Assembly: GCA_963777605.1 (NCBI GenBank)
Contig: CAVZRV010000030.1
Span: 352,001 to 416,000 of the forward strand
Length of the DNA: 64,000 bases
Direction: 5' to 3'
Source: an uncultured Acidobacteriota bacterium
Lineage (GTDB): Bacteria > Acidobacteriota > UBA6911 > RPQK01 > JAPXNP01
Positions within the stretch are counted from its first letter, which is position 1, and each line of letters begins with the position of its first letter. This document shows, in pieces, positions 10,470 to 21,892 of the stretch. The translations under genes and the position numbers were made by a program. Below the pieces are notes generated by a model. It had not been told where the DNA came from and did not search any database. It saw only the letters and a program-made list of their open reading frames with translations.

Positions 10470-11781
10470 ATGAAGAAACTCATCATCCTGACGGCCTGCT
10501 TCGCCGGGCTGGCCGCGTTCGTCTATTTCTACGAGATCTCGGGAAAAGAGGCCCGGGACCAGGCGGAGGAACTGCAACAGAGTGTGTTGCGGGTCGAGCA
10601 GGACAAAATCCACTCGGTGGAAATCGACCACCAGGGCCAGGAGCCGATTGTCCTCGAGAAGGTGGATGACAACTGGGTGTTGCGGAAGCCGATTGACGCT
10701 CTCGCCGACAACGGTGCCGTTGACGGCCTGCTGCGAGACCTGTCCGCCGCGAAACGGGACCGGACCCTCGAAGCTGTCTCCGGAGATGATCTCAAGACCT
10801 ATGGACTGGACGATCCCGGGATCCGGGTCAAGGTGGACGCAGAGGGAGGTGTCAAGACTCTCCGGGTGGGAAACAAGGACTTCTCCGGAAGCAAGCTCTA
10901 CGTCCAGCTGGAAGGGTCCAAGGATGTGCTGGTGACTTCGACGTCGCTGGAGACGTCGGTGAACAAGCCGACGGCGGACTGGAGAAGCAAGGATGCCCTG
11001 AAGTTCGACCGGGCCAAGGTCGAGCAGATTGAAATCCATCGGCCGGCCGGAAACCTGGATCTTCAGAAGCGCGACGGGAACTGGGTCCTGACTTCTCCTG
11101 AAGAGGGGGCTGCCGACGAGACCAAGGTGACGAGTCTTCTCTCGACCTTGGAGTTTGCCAAAGCCGTCCGGTTTGTAGAAGAAGATCCCGAGGATCGGAT
11201 CCCAGTACGGACTCGACAAACCTCCGGTTTCCGTGCGCCTGCGCGAAGTGGGCTCGGAAGCCTGGCAGGAACTCGATCTCGGCAAGCAGGACGGGGAGAA
11301 CTATTTCGCCCGCAGTTCCGACCGGAGCCCGGTGTTCACCTTGAAAAAGGAGGTCTTCGACGCTCTCACCCAGGATGCCGGAAACCTCCAGGAGAAGGGC
11401 GTCGTGGACGTCAAACAGGACCAGGTGTCAAAGGTGCAGATCCAGAGGGGTGACGAAGCCCTGGTGGTTCGACGTGAGGACTTCAAGTGGATCGTGGAGG
11501 AACCCTCGGAGTACAAGGATAAAGAAGCGCTCGCATACAAGTTCTGGTACCCCATCGACGACATGCAGTTCGAGGAGATTCAGAAGAACGCCCCTCGCCC
11601 CGAGAAGGCCGACGTCGAAGTGAAGGTCACCCTGACCGACGGTTCGGCGAAGGAGTTCTGGTTCTGGAAATCAGGTGACGACTACCGGGCCCTTCGATTG
11701 GGGACCAACACCGGGGGCAAGGTCAAGGCGGAAGACTTCGATAAGCTTCAATTCAAAATCGCTGATATTGTTGGAGGTTAG
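10470..11781 (+). CDS. DUF4340 domain protein (frameshift near 11195)
   Basis: Repeated YGLD.P modules. ORFs 10470..11453 and 11233..11781 join with a single indel. DUF4340 usually follows GldG. Confidence 0.8.
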
Positions 11782-11884
11782 CGGGAAGCGGTCCCTTGAT
11801 GCCTTTGAGGGAGGGCGTCAGAATAGAACCCGGGACAGGCGCAGCCGCCGGTCCTGATTACCATTAGGAAGGAAGTTGGGGGGT

Positions 11885-14587
11885 ATGGCTGATCCAGCTG
11901 GAAGAGCAAAGAAGGACAATTTGACCGAACTCGAGGCGGTTGAGACCCAGGAATGGCTGGACTCTCTGGAATACGTGATCCAGGAAGGCGGCCCGGAACG
12001 GGCCATTCAGCTGCTGAGAGATCTTCAACTTTACGCAACCCGGCGCGGCGTGCACCTGCCGTTCTCCGCGAATACGCCTTACATCAACACGATCCACGAA
12101 TCCGAGCAGGTCCCGTACCCGGGAAACAGGGAACTGGAACGCAGGATCAAGAGCCTGGTCCGCTGGAACGCCATGGCAATGGTCGTTCGGGCCAACAAGG
12201 AAGCCGATGGCATCGGGGGACACATCTCTACCTTCGCTTCCGCCGCGACCCTTTACGAGGTCGGCTTCAATCACTTCTTCCGGGGCCCGGAGCACGAGAG
12301 CGGAGGCGATCTTGTCTACTTCCAGGGGCACGCGTCTCCCGGGATCTACTCCCGAGCGTTCATGGAAGGGGTGCTCTCAGCCAAGAAATTGGAGAACTTC
12401 CGCCGTGAACTGGCTCCGGAGGGTGGACTTTCGTCCTATCCCCATCCCTGGTTGATGCCTGACTTCTGGCAGTTTCCGACTGTCTCGATGGGCCTTGGCC
12501 CGATTCAGGCGATTTACCAGGCCCGTTTTACCCGGTACCTGGAGCATCGCGGCCTGACCCCGGCGACCGGCAAGCGAATCTGGGCGTTCCTCGGCGACGG
12601 GGAAACCGACGAGCCGGAAACCCTGGGTTCGATCAGCCTGGCGGCCCGGGAAGGCCTGGACAACCTGGTCTTTGTGATCAACTGCAACCTGCAGCGCCTG
12701 GACGGCCCGGTTCGTGGAAATGGCAAGATCATTCAGGAACTGGAAGCGATCTTCCGTGGAGCGGGCTGGAATGTGATCAAGGTGATCTGGGGTTCGGAAT
12801 GGGATCACCTCCTGGAAGAGGACAAGGACGGCCATCTCGTCAAGCGGATGGAAGAGGTCGTCGATGGCCAGTATCAGAAGTACAGCGTCGAGTCGGGCGG
12901 ATTCATTCGCAAGGACTTCTTCGGCAGGGACCCGGAACTTCTGCAGATGGTGAGCCACCTTTCTGACGAGGAACTGCGCCGCCTGAAGCGGGGCGGCCAT
13001 GACCCCCTGAAAGTGTATGCGGCCTTCCGGGCTGCGACGCAGAAGAAGGGCGCCCCAACGGTCATTCTGGCAAAAACGATCAAAGGGTACGGACTCGGTG
13101 AAGCGGGAGAGGGCAAGAACATCACTCACTCCCAGAAGAAGCTCAACGAAGAGGAACTGCGGGTATTCAGGGACCGGTTTGGAATACCCATCTCGGACGA
13201 GGAGGTCAGCAAGGCTCCCTTTTATCGTCCCCCGGATGACAGCCCCGAGATCCAGTATCTGAAGGAACGGCGCAAGATCCTGGGCGGCTCCCTTCCGGCA
13301 CGTCGCGTCCGAACCGAGCCGATCCGCACTCCTGCCGACGAAGTCTTCTCCGAGTTCTATTCCGGTACCGGCGGGCGTGAAGTCTCGACCACGATGGTCA
13401 TGGTCCGAATCCTGGCCAAGCTCTTGCGGGACAAGGAAATCGGCAAGCTGATCGTCCCGATCATCCCGGACGAGGCGCGCACCTTCGGCCTCGAAGCGCT
13501 TTTCTCCCAGGTGGGGATTTACTCCAGCAAGGGGCAGCTCTACGAGCCGGTCGATGCCGGCGGAATCATGTACTACAAGGAAGCCAAGAACGGGCAGATT
13601 CTGGAAGAGGGGATCACCGAGGCCGGTTCGCTCAGCTCATTCATCGCGGCGGGAACGGCCTACTCTACGCACGGCGTCAATACGATTCCGTTCTTCCTTT
13701 TCTACTCCATGTTCGGGTTCCAGAGGGTCGGCGACTTGATCTGGGCCGCCGGCGACCTCCGCTGCCGCGGTTTTCTTGTCGGAGCGACGTCCGGGCGGAC
13801 GACCCTGAATGGTGAGGGCCTGCAGCACGAAGACGGGCACAGTCACCTGCTCGCCTACACGGTTCCCAGCGTGGTCGCCTACGACCCGGCTTTTGCCTAT
13901 GAACTGGCCGTCGTCGTCCGGGACGGCATCCGAAGGATGTACGAGAACCAGGAGGACGTCTTCTACTACCTGACTGTCGGCAACGAGAATTACGACCAGC
14001 CGGCTTTCCCCGAGAAGAACCGGGACAAGATACGGGAAGGCATCATCAAAGGCATCTACCGCTTCAGGGAGGCCGACAACAAGGACGCCGAGCTGCGTGT
14101 TGACCTGTTTGGCAGCGGGGCCATCATGAACTGCGTCCTGCGGGCCCAGAGCCTCCTCGCGGACGAGTTCAACGTGTCGGCTGACGTCTGGAGTGTCACC
14201 AGCTACAAGGAACTTCACCGTTCCGTTCTTGACGCGGAGCGGTGGAACATGCGGCACCCCAAGCAGAAGGCCCGCAAGGCATACGTATCCAAGGTTCTTG
14301 AAGGATCGTCTGGAATCTACGTTGCCGCTTCGGATTACATGAAAGCGCTTCCCGAATCGATCGCGCGCTGGTTGCCGGGACGGCTGGTATCGCTCGGAAC
14401 CGACGGTTACGGCCGGAGTGACACGCGGGAAGCACTGCGGGACTTTTTCGAAGTCGATCATCGACACATTGCCCTGGCCGCGCTCTACGGGTTGATGCAG
14501 GAAGGGAAGGTGTCGGCGGCCGTAGTTGAGAAAGCGATCAAGAAGCTGGACATCGACACCACCCGCGCCAACCCCTGGCTGTTGTAG
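11885..14587 (+). CDS. aceE: Pyruvate dehydrogenase E1, homodimeric type
   Basis: ETQEWLDSL, GGHISTFAS, FPTVSMGLG, GDGE TPP motif, NCNLQRLDGPV. Confidence 0.98.
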   Translation: MADPAGRAKKDNLTELEAVETQEWLDSLEYVIQEGGPERAIQLLRDLQLYATRRGVHLPFSANTPYINTIHESEQVPYPGNRELERRIKSLVRWNAMAMVVRANKEADGIGGHISTFASAATLYEVGFNHFFRGPEHESGGDLVYFQGHASPGIYSRAFMEGVLSAKKLENFRRELAPEGGLSSYPHPWLMPDFWQFPTVSMGLGPIQAIYQARFTRYLEHRGLTPATGKRIWAFLGDGETDEPETLGSISLAAREGLDNLVFVINCNLQRLDGPVRGNGKIIQELEAIFRGAGWNVIKVIWGSEWDHLLEEDKDGHLVKRMEEVVDGQYQKYSVESGGFIRKDFFGRDPELLQMVSHLSDEELRRLKRGGHDPLKVYAAFRAATQKKGAPTVILAKTIKGYGLGEAGEGKNITHSQKKLNEEELRVFRDRFGIPISDEEVSKAPFYRPPDDSPEIQYLKERRKILGGSLPARRVRTEPIRTPADEVFSEFYSGTGGREVSTTMVMVRILAKLLRDKEIGKLIVPIIPDEARTFGLEALFSQVGIYSSKGQLYEPVDAGGIMYYKEAKNGQILEEGITEAGSLSSFIAAGTAYSTHGVNTIPFFLFYSMFGFQRVGDLIWAAGDLRCRGFLVGATSGRTTLNGEGLQHEDGHSHLLAYTVPSVVAYDPAFAYELAVVVRDGIRRMYENQEDVFYYLTVGNENYDQPAFPEKNRDKIREGIIKGIYRFREADNKDAELRVDLFGSGAIMNCVLRAQSLLADEFNVSADVWSVTSYKELHRSVLDAERWNMRHPKQKARKAYVSKVLEGSSGIYVAASDYMKALPESIARWLPGRLVSLGTDGYGRSDTREALRDFFEVDHRHIALAALYGLMQEGKVSAAVVEKAIKKLDIDTTRANPWLL

Positions 14588-14659
14588 GAATCGTGGAAGA
14601 TCTGGGGGAGTGAGCGGTTCCTTGACTCCCCGGTATTGAATTGTAGATAGAGGAGAGTC

Positions 14660-16051
14660 ATGGCGATTGAGTTCAAACTTCCGGAACTGGGCGAGAACGT
14701 AGTCGGCGGGGACGTCGTGGCGATCCTGGTCAAAGAGGGAGACACGATTTCCCGGGACCAGTCTATCCTCGAGTTGGAAACCGACAAGGCGACCGTGGAG
14801 GTCCCGTCGGAGGTCGCCGGAACGGTGACCAGGATTCACGTGTCGGATGGGGATCACATCGAAGTGGGACAGGTGATCCTTTCGGTTGACGAGTCCGACG
14901 CGGACGGCGAGGCTGCCGGCGCGGACGATACGGGCGCTGGCGAACCGGAAGAATCGGCGCAGCCCGAACCTGAGCCGGAACAGGAAGCCGAATCGGAAGC
15001 CGAACCTGAGTCGGAACAGGAAGCCGAATCGGAAGCCGCGGAGCCCGAACCCGGCACCGAGGCAGGTGGCTCGGAGGCCGCCTCCCGGAAGCCTGCTGAC
15101 GGAGGCGCCCCTGAAAAGAGCGCTCGGGCCCGAGCCCGGGATCGGGCACCTCAGAAACTGGTCCCGGCATCTCCCGCGGTGCGCCGATTTGCCCGGGAGA
15201 TCGGAATCGACATTGCCGAGATTTCGGGAACGGGGCCCAGAGGCCGGATCTCGATTGATGACGTGAAGGCCTTCTCCAGGGAAACTCGATCGGCAGAGGG
15301 GGCTGGAGGAGTTCGCCCGGCATCCGAGTTGCCCGACTTCTCCCGCTGGGGGACCGTTGAGCGGGAGCGCTTCAACAATGTCCGGCGGGTGACGGCCAGT
15401 CGCCTGGGCGAGGCGTGGGCCCAGGTCGTCCACGTCACAAATCACGCCCAGGCCGATGTGACGCGGCTGGAGGAACTTCGTGAGCGACATTCCGCCCGGG
15501 TCGAAGAGGCGGGAGGGAAGTTGACCGTAACGGCAATTCTTCTCAAAACCGTGGCTGCGGCCCTCAAGGTCTTCCCCAAGTTCAACGCCAGCATCGACAT
15601 GCGCAACGAAGAAGTCGTGTACAAGCAGTACTGCAACATCGGGGTGGCGGTTGACACACCGAAGGGACTGCTGGTTCCAGTGATTCGCGACGTGGACCGC
15701 AAGAACATCGTGCAGTTGTCGATCGAGTTGAAGGGGGCCGCCCAGAAGGCCCGTGACGGGAAGATTTCTCTGGATGACCTTCAGGGAGGCTGTTTCACCG
15801 TGACCAACCTGGGTGGTATTGGAGGGACGTCTTTTACTCCGATCGTGAATTACCCGGAGGTGGCGATTCTGGGAGTTTCGCGTACCCAGGTGGCCCCGGT
15901 GTTCCAGGACGGGGAGTTCGTTCCCAGGAAGATGCTGCCGCTTTCTCTCTCCTATGATCACCGCCTGATCGACGGCGCGGATGCCGCCCGTTTTCTGAAG
16001 TGGTTGGTCGAGGCCCTGGAGGAACCATTCTTCCTGCTTCTGGAGGGTTGA
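14660..16051 (+). CDS. aceF: Dihydrolipoamide acetyltransferase (PDH E2)
   Basis: Lipoyl ETDKA, E3-binding ASPAVRR..RE, catalytic DHRLIDG. Confidence 0.95.
   Translation: MAIEFKLPELGENVVGGDVVAILVKEGDTISRDQSILELETDKATVEVPSEVAGTVTRIHVSDGDHIEVGQVILSVDESDADGEAAGADDTGAGEPEESAQPEPEPEQEAESEAEPESEQEAESEAAEPEPGTEAGGSEAASRKPADGGAPEKSARARARDRAPQKLVPASPAVRRFAREIGIDIAEISGTGPRGRISIDDVKAFSRETRSAEGAGGVRPASELPDFSRWGTVERERFNNVRRVTASRLGEAWAQVVHVTNHAQADVTRLEELRERHSARVEEAGGKLTVTAILLKTVAAALKVFPKFNASIDMRNEEVVYKQYCNIGVAVDTPKGLLVPVIRDVDRKNIVQLSIELKGAAQKARDGKISLDDLQGGCFTVTNLGGIGGTSFTPIVNYPEVAILGVSRTQVAPVFQDGEFVPRKMLPLSLSYDHRLIDGADAARFLKWLVEALEEPFFLLLEG
14964..15035 (+). repeat. 36-bp tandem repeat x2 in the aceF linker
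   Basis: CCGAACCTGAG(C/T)CGGAACAGGAAGCCGAATCGGAAG twice, encoding EPE(P/S)EQEAESEA. Confidence 0.85.
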
Positions 16052-16072
16052 GTTCGGTAAGGAGGATTGGGC

Positions 16073-18256
16073 ATGAGAGGTTGCATTGTTCGTTTCGCGG
16101 TATTTGTCTGTCTCCTGGTTCCAGGTCTTGCCGAGGAAGGGATGTGGCCGCCTGAGCAGCTACCCGCCATCGGCAAGCAGCTCAAGGCGGCGGGCCTCGA
16201 GCTCGATCCGAATCAGTTGACCAGCCTCACCGGGTACCCGATGAATGCCGTGGTCAGCCTCGGTGGCTGCTCGGCTTCCTTTGTCTCACCCAAGGGGCTG
16301 GTGATCACCAACCATCATTGCGCGTACGGGTCGATCCAGTACAACTCGACAGCCGATCGCAACCTGCTGGCCGAAGGTTTCCTGGCTCATTCCACCGAAG
16401 AGGAACTCCCCGCAGCTCCCGGATCGCGGGTGTACGTCACGGTGGAGTTCAAGGACGTCACCGACCAGGTGCTGGCCGATCTGCCCGAAACCCTCTCGGG
16501 CCTGGAGCGCTACAAGCAGATCGAGAGGCACGAGAAGGAAATCGTCGCAGCCTGTGAGAAGGAGCCCGGGTACCGCTGCCGCGTTGCTTCCTACTATGGC
16601 GGTTTGCGTTTCACGATGGTACGCCAGTTGGAGATTCGAGATGTCCGGCTCGTCTACGCTCCGCCGTCCGGAATCGGAAAGTTCGGCGGGGACATCGACA
16701 ACTGGATGTGGCCGCGTCAAACGGGTGACTATTCGTTCTACCGAGCCTACGTCGGAGCGAACGGAGGACCTGCCGACTATTCGAAGGACAATGTTCCCTA
16801 TCAGCCCAGGCACTACCTCAAGGTGTCCCCGGAAGGGGTTAAGCCGGGAGACTTCGTGATGGTCGCCGGCTATCCTGGTTCGACCGGGCGCTACCGGCTC
16901 GCCGTCGAGGTCAAGAACACCTTTGAGTGGGGTTACCCGGTGCGGACCGAGGTGTACCGCGACTGGTTGAAGATCATCGAAGACGTTACCCGTGACAAGC
17001 CTGAAGCGGCAATCAAGTACGCGAGTCTCGAATCGGGACTGAACAATGTGCTCAAGAACAACGAGGGCATGCTCGACGGTTTTGCCAAGAGCAACATGGT
17101 GGAAGAGAAGGAGCGGCTGGAAAGCGGCCTGGTCCAGTGGATCAACGCCGATCCGGGCCGGCGCAAGGAATTCGACGACATCCACGAGAAACTGGTCCGG
17201 GAAATTGAATCCGCCAACGCCAGGCAGGTGCGGGATTTTTATTACGGCCTGGCGGGGAGATCTTCGTTGCTCAGTGCGGCCAGGACCCTTTACAAGCTGG
17301 CGAAGGAACGGACCAGGCCCGACCTGGATCGGGACATGGGTTTCCAGGAGCGTGACATCTCCAGGATCCGCCAGTCGATGGAGGCGATCGACCGGCGGTT
17401 CGACCCGGCTGTGGACCGGGCGGTCTTCGAGCACTTCGTGCTCGAGTACGGGGATAAGGTGCCCGAACGCAACCGCGTAGAGGCGTTCGATCGCTGGTTC
17501 GACCTGGGGAAGGGCGGGGATGCCGATGAAGCGGTGAGCGCGCGGCTCGCCGGGATGTATTCGAAAACGAAGCTGACCGACGCGAAAGTAAGGTTGGGCT
17601 GGATCGATCGCTCGACTTCCGACTTCGAGTCCTCGGACGATCCCTTCATTCAGCTCGCGGTGCGGCTCTATCCCGCCGACGAAGCCCTGCAGCGGGAGGA
17701 GGAAGAGCAGGCCGGTCGGGAGCAGTTGCTCCGTTCCCGCTACATGGCGGCGCTGCTCGAATACCTCCGTGGCCAGGGCAAGGAAGTCTACCCGGATGCC
17801 AATGGGACCCTGCGGGTGACCTACGGGACGATCAAGGGCTACACTCCGAGGGACGCGGTCTTCTACGAACCATTCACGACGATCCGGGGAGTCCTGGAGA
17901 AGGATACCGGGAAGGAACCCTTCGATACTCCGCCGGCCGCGCTCAAGGCCATGAAGGATCTGCAGGGAGGACGCTACGTGGTGTCCTTCCTGAATTCGGT
18001 GCCCGTGAATTTCCTTTCGACAGTTGACACCACCGGTGGAAACTCTGGTTCCCCAACCCTCAATGGCAAGGGGGAACTGGTCGGTCTCCTCTTCGACGGA
18101 AACTACGAGAGCATGATTTCGGACTGGGATTTCCTGCCCCAGATTACCCGCTCCATCCACGTGGACATTCGATACGTCCTCTGGTTGATGACCAACGTGG
18201 ACCACGCCGATTGGCTCCTCAAGGAGATGGGTGTGCCGGTGAAGTTCGGAGAGTAG
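16073..18256 (+). CDS. S46 family dipeptidyl peptidase
   Basis: Signal peptide then EEGMW, TNHHC, DNWMWPR.TGD, PDANGTLR, TGGNSGSP. Confidence 0.95.
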   Translation: MRGCIVRFAVFVCLLVPGLAEEGMWPPEQLPAIGKQLKAAGLELDPNQLTSLTGYPMNAVVSLGGCSASFVSPKGLVITNHHCAYGSIQYNSTADRNLLAEGFLAHSTEEELPAAPGSRVYVTVEFKDVTDQVLADLPETLSGLERYKQIERHEKEIVAACEKEPGYRCRVASYYGGLRFTMVRQLEIRDVRLVYAPPSGIGKFGGDIDNWMWPRQTGDYSFYRAYVGANGGPADYSKDNVPYQPRHYLKVSPEGVKPGDFVMVAGYPGSTGRYRLAVEVKNTFEWGYPVRTEVYRDWLKIIEDVTRDKPEAAIKYASLESGLNNVLKNNEGMLDGFAKSNMVEEKERLESGLVQWINADPGRRKEFDDIHEKLVREIESANARQVRDFYYGLAGRSSLLSAARTLYKLAKERTRPDLDRDMGFQERDISRIRQSMEAIDRRFDPAVDRAVFEHFVLEYGDKVPERNRVEAFDRWFDLGKGGDADEAVSARLAGMYSKTKLTDAKVRLGWIDRSTSDFESSDDPFIQLAVRLYPADEALQREEEEQAGREQLLRSRYMAALLEYLRGQGKEVYPDANGTLRVTYGTIKGYTPRDAVFYEPFTTIRGVLEKDTGKEPFDTPPAALKAMKDLQGGRYVVSFLNSVPVNFLSTVDTTGGNSGSPTLNGKGELVGLLFDGNYESMISDWDFLPQITRSIHVDIRYVLWLMTNVDHADWLLKEMGVPVKFGE

Positions 18257-18506
18257 TCCAGGCAGCCCTGCCTGAAATGTCGGCCGGGCAGCCTTGCCCG
18301 GCGACAGACAGGTGCCACCGTTGCGCTTGACCGGGCTGGCAGCCCGGTTGACCCAACAGGCTGGCAGCCTGTATTACTTCGATCGTAATCCAGGTAGCCC
18401 TGCCTGGGATGTCCCCGCGGGCAGCCTGGCCCGGCGGTTGCCGGAACCGCCACACCTGCCCGGGCTGGCAGCCCGTTCGACCCAGCGGGCTGACAGCCTG
18501 GATTAC
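18253..18506. repeat. REP/BIME-like palindromic cluster (two ~125-bp units)
   Basis: Units 18253-18377 and 18385-18506 each start GTA(G/A)TCCAGG.AGCCCTGCCTG and end CAGGCTGGCAGCCTGTATTAC-like, with internal GGGCTGGCAGCCC hairpins. Confidence 0.7.
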
Positions 18507-18677
18507 CTCCCATCCGCCGTCACCTCCGGATTGCCTGCTAGAATACTTTCCACATGCCTGCTGAGTCTCGTGACCCGCTGATTCAAGTCCGGGGTATGGA
18601 CCTGGAACTTCTGCCCGAGCGTCTGCTCTCCCTGCCGAACCGCGGGAGCATTGCCTGAATTGGAGAGCAGAAGACGG

Positions 18678-19358
18678 ATGGACTCACCCGCCCTGAAGTT
18701 CGAAGGTGTTTCGAAGGTCTATCGGAGTTCCTCCGGAAAGGAGTTGGTTGCGCTCAGCAGCGTGTCGTTCGAGATTGTTTCGGGACGCGTGATCTCGGTC
18801 GTCGGGAGAAGCGGGAGCGGAAAATCGACCCTGCTGCACCTGGCGGCGGGCATCGACGTTCCGACCGGCGGGGAAGTGCAGATTCAGGGGCGGGATTTGA
18901 GCAGGCTCTCTGAGCGGGAACGCAGCCTGCTCCGTCGCAACACTGTAGGCCTCGTCTTTCAGTTTTTCCACCTGCTCCCACACCTCAGCGTGCGCGACAA
19001 CATCGCGCTGCCCGCGTTCATTTCCGGGAAGCGCCTGGCCGACGTCGAAGAACGCCTTGTTCACCTTCTCGATCGGGTTGATCTTGCCTCCCGTGCGGAC
19101 GAGAGTGTCGATCGATTGAGCGGGGGTGAGATGCAGCGGGTTGCGATATGTCGAGCGCTGCTCTCGTCTCCGCCCATCCTGCTGGCCGACGAGCCAACCG
19201 GCAACCTCGATGACGACAGTGCCCACGGGGTCATGCGGCTGATGCTGGAACTGGTTCGCGACGAAGGCTGCACGCTGGTGTACGTCACGCACAGCGCCGA
19301 GATTGCCTCGCTTGCCGACGAAACCTGGACCATTCACAGTGGCCACCTCGAGACGTAG
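18678..19358 (+). CDS. LolD/MacB-like ABC ATP-binding protein
   Basis: GRSGSGKST, LSGGEMQRVAI, LADEPTGNLD. Confidence 0.93.
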   Translation: MDSPALKFEGVSKVYRSSSGKELVALSSVSFEIVSGRVISVVGRSGSGKSTLLHLAAGIDVPTGGEVQIQGRDLSRLSERERSLLRRNTVGLVFQFFHLLPHLSVRDNIALPAFISGKRLADVEERLVHLLDRVDLASRADESVDRLSGGEMQRVAICRALLSSPPILLADEPTGNLDDDSAHGVMRLMLELVRDEGCTLVYVTHSAEIASLADETWTIHSGHLET

Positions 19359-19367
19359 GAAGCTGCC

Positions 19368-21892
19368 GTGATTCGCTATTTCACCAGGGCACTGTTCGCC
19401 CAGATTCGATCGGCATCGGTTCTCTACCTGCTGACGATACTGGGAGTAGGTGTCGGAGTTGCGGCGGTTGCCGCCATCCAGTTGATCAATCACAATGCCA
19501 TCAACGCCTTTGAGGCCGGTATCGATGCGGCGACGGGCCCCGCCGATATCATCGTCGAGGGAGCCACCCCGTCGTTCCCCGAGACCGTCCTGGGCCGCGT
19601 CCTTCAGACCAAAGAGGTTTTGGATGCCAGGCCGGTCTTTCAGGCCGAGGCGATACTGGACGCGCCGAAAGCTGTCCGGGTTGAGGTCCTTGGGCTCGAT
19701 CTGAGTCGTGGAGTCCCCCTTTCCCGGTCGCAGGCGGTAGACCTGCAGTCCGCCCTTGCGACTCCCGGCTGGTGCCTTGTCAGCAAAGCCTTCGCAGGGC
19801 GCGTCGGGGCAGCGCCAGGTGACCGCCTTCCGCTTTCGGTCGGATCTCACACTGCGACGCTCGTTGTCGGGTCCTTGCTCGATTTGCGGCGCCTCGGGCC
19901 CAGCTCCGGGCGGGCTCTCGTGATTCTCGACATCTCGCAGGCCCAGGGCCTTTTCGGGGACCGCGGAGAGATCCAGAGAATCGAAGTCGAGGTTCAACCC
20001 GGTTCCGACCTGCGTGCCGTTGAGCAACGGCTGCGGACGGCTCTTCCCGTGGGGTTCCAGGTGTTGACCCCGGGAGAACGGCGAGAGCGGGCCAGGGCGC
20101 TCCTCGGGGCTTTCCGCCTCAACCTGACCGCGCTTAGCCTGATCAGCCTGTTCGTCGGCCTGTTCATCGTATACAGCAGCACCCAGGCCTCACTGGTTCG
20201 CCGCCGCCGGGAGTTCGGGTTGCTCCGTTCGCTGGGTGCCACGCCGGGACAGGTTCTGGGCCTGATCCTGAGCGAAGTCTCCCTGCTGGGCGTTCTGGGC
20301 GTCGCGGTGGGGATTCCGCTGGGCTACTGGGCGGCCGAGTCCAGCATGACCTCGGTCAACTCGACCCTGACCAACATCTACCTCCTGGGACGGGTCGAAC
20401 ATCTCCGGTTCGACCGCTCGATCTGGGCGCTGGCCGTTGGAATCGGTCTGGCCAGCGCGCTCGCCGGAGCGATCCTCCCGGCCGTGGACATGAGCCGTAG
20501 AGATACTCGCTCCCTTCTGGCTGCGTTCTCCATCAGGGACCGACTCTTCTCATCCGCTCCGACACTGCTGAAGGCGGCGATTGTGATTCTGTTTTCGGCC
20601 GGAGTTGTGGCCCTGGTCGGGGGAAGTTCGTGGAAACCCGGAGGTTTCATTCTCGGTGTTGCCGTCCTGGTCGCATTGCCACTGTCCGCTCCCTGGCTGC
20701 TGATCACTCTGGCGGGACGGGTAACGATCAATGATTTTGGCTTTCGATTTGCCTTGCGGACTCTCGCGGATCGGATTCACAACACCGTCTTCCCGATCTC
20801 GGCCCTGGCCATTGCTGTGTCGATGCTGGTCGGCATCACCCTCATGATTGGCAGCTTCCGGGAAACGGTGAAGGTCTGGATCGAGACCACCGTCGTCGCC
20901 GATCTCTATGCAACTGCCCGGTCCTGGCGCGGAGCCGGCTCGGAGGGCGGGTTCGACGAAGCGACAGTGCGGCGGTTCGCCGCGCAGGACGGCGTATTGG
21001 CGGTGGACCGGATTCGAACCATCCCCGTCTACGTCGACGGTAGCAGGATCCTTGTTTCAGGCGTCGATCTTCACACTCCGGAGAGCCGCCACCGCTATCC
21101 GCTGCTCTATGGCGACCGCAGTCGTGCCTACCGGGAACTCGAGGACGGGGAGGCGGTCCTGATCAGTGAACCGCTTGCCCGAAAACGTGGTCTCGAAGTC
21201 GGAGACAACCTCGTTCTTCCCGGCGTAGCCGGGCCCACGGCCTTCCGTATAACCGGGGTATTTTACGACTACACGAGTGAGTGGGGCCTGGCGGTGATTC
21301 GGTTCGACCGAGATGAATGCGACCTTCGGTCCGGGACGGCCTCACAGCCTGGCCCTGTACCTCGATCCCCAGTCGGATCAGGAGGCCGTGCGGTCCGGAC
21401 TGGAGGAGAGGTTCGCGGATGACCCGGTTCGCATCATTAGTAACGGCCAACTCCGGAGCGGGGTCCTGGACATCTTTGACCAGACCTTCGCCGTGGTGCG
21501 CCTGCTTCAGTTGATGAGTCTCCTGATCGCCGCCTGTGGAATCACGCTGACGCTGCTCATCCTGGCCCGGGAAAGAGTCTCCGAACTGGCTCTCTACCGG
21601 GCACTTGGGGCCGAACGGACCCAGGTCTTTCTGGTGTTTCTGGCCAAGGGTGCCGGTATCGCGGCAGTCAGCAGCATCCTCGGAGTGGTGGGCGGGACGG
21701 CCCTGGCCCTGATCCTGGTCCTGCTGATCAATCGAGCCTATTTCGGCTGGACGATTCAGCTCAGCGTGCCCTGGATCGACCTCGCAGCGAGCCTGCTGCT
21801 GATTTTTGCAGCGGCACTCTTAGCCAGTATTTACCCGTCGGCTTCGCGCCAGTCGAACACCGGTGACGGAACTCAGTCGGGAGGACCTGTGA
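19368..21892 (+). CDS. FtsX-like duplicated-domain ABC permease (frameshifts near 21305 and 21840)
   Basis: Two FtsX halves (RRREFGLLRSLGA; RVSELALYRALGA). After correcting the indels the end reads ...TELSREDL-stop. Confidence 0.8.

Noticed and set aside
13637-18205. 774-aa and 639-aa minus-strand ORFs
   Set aside because: Shadows of aceE/aceF and the S46 peptidase; no motifs of their own.
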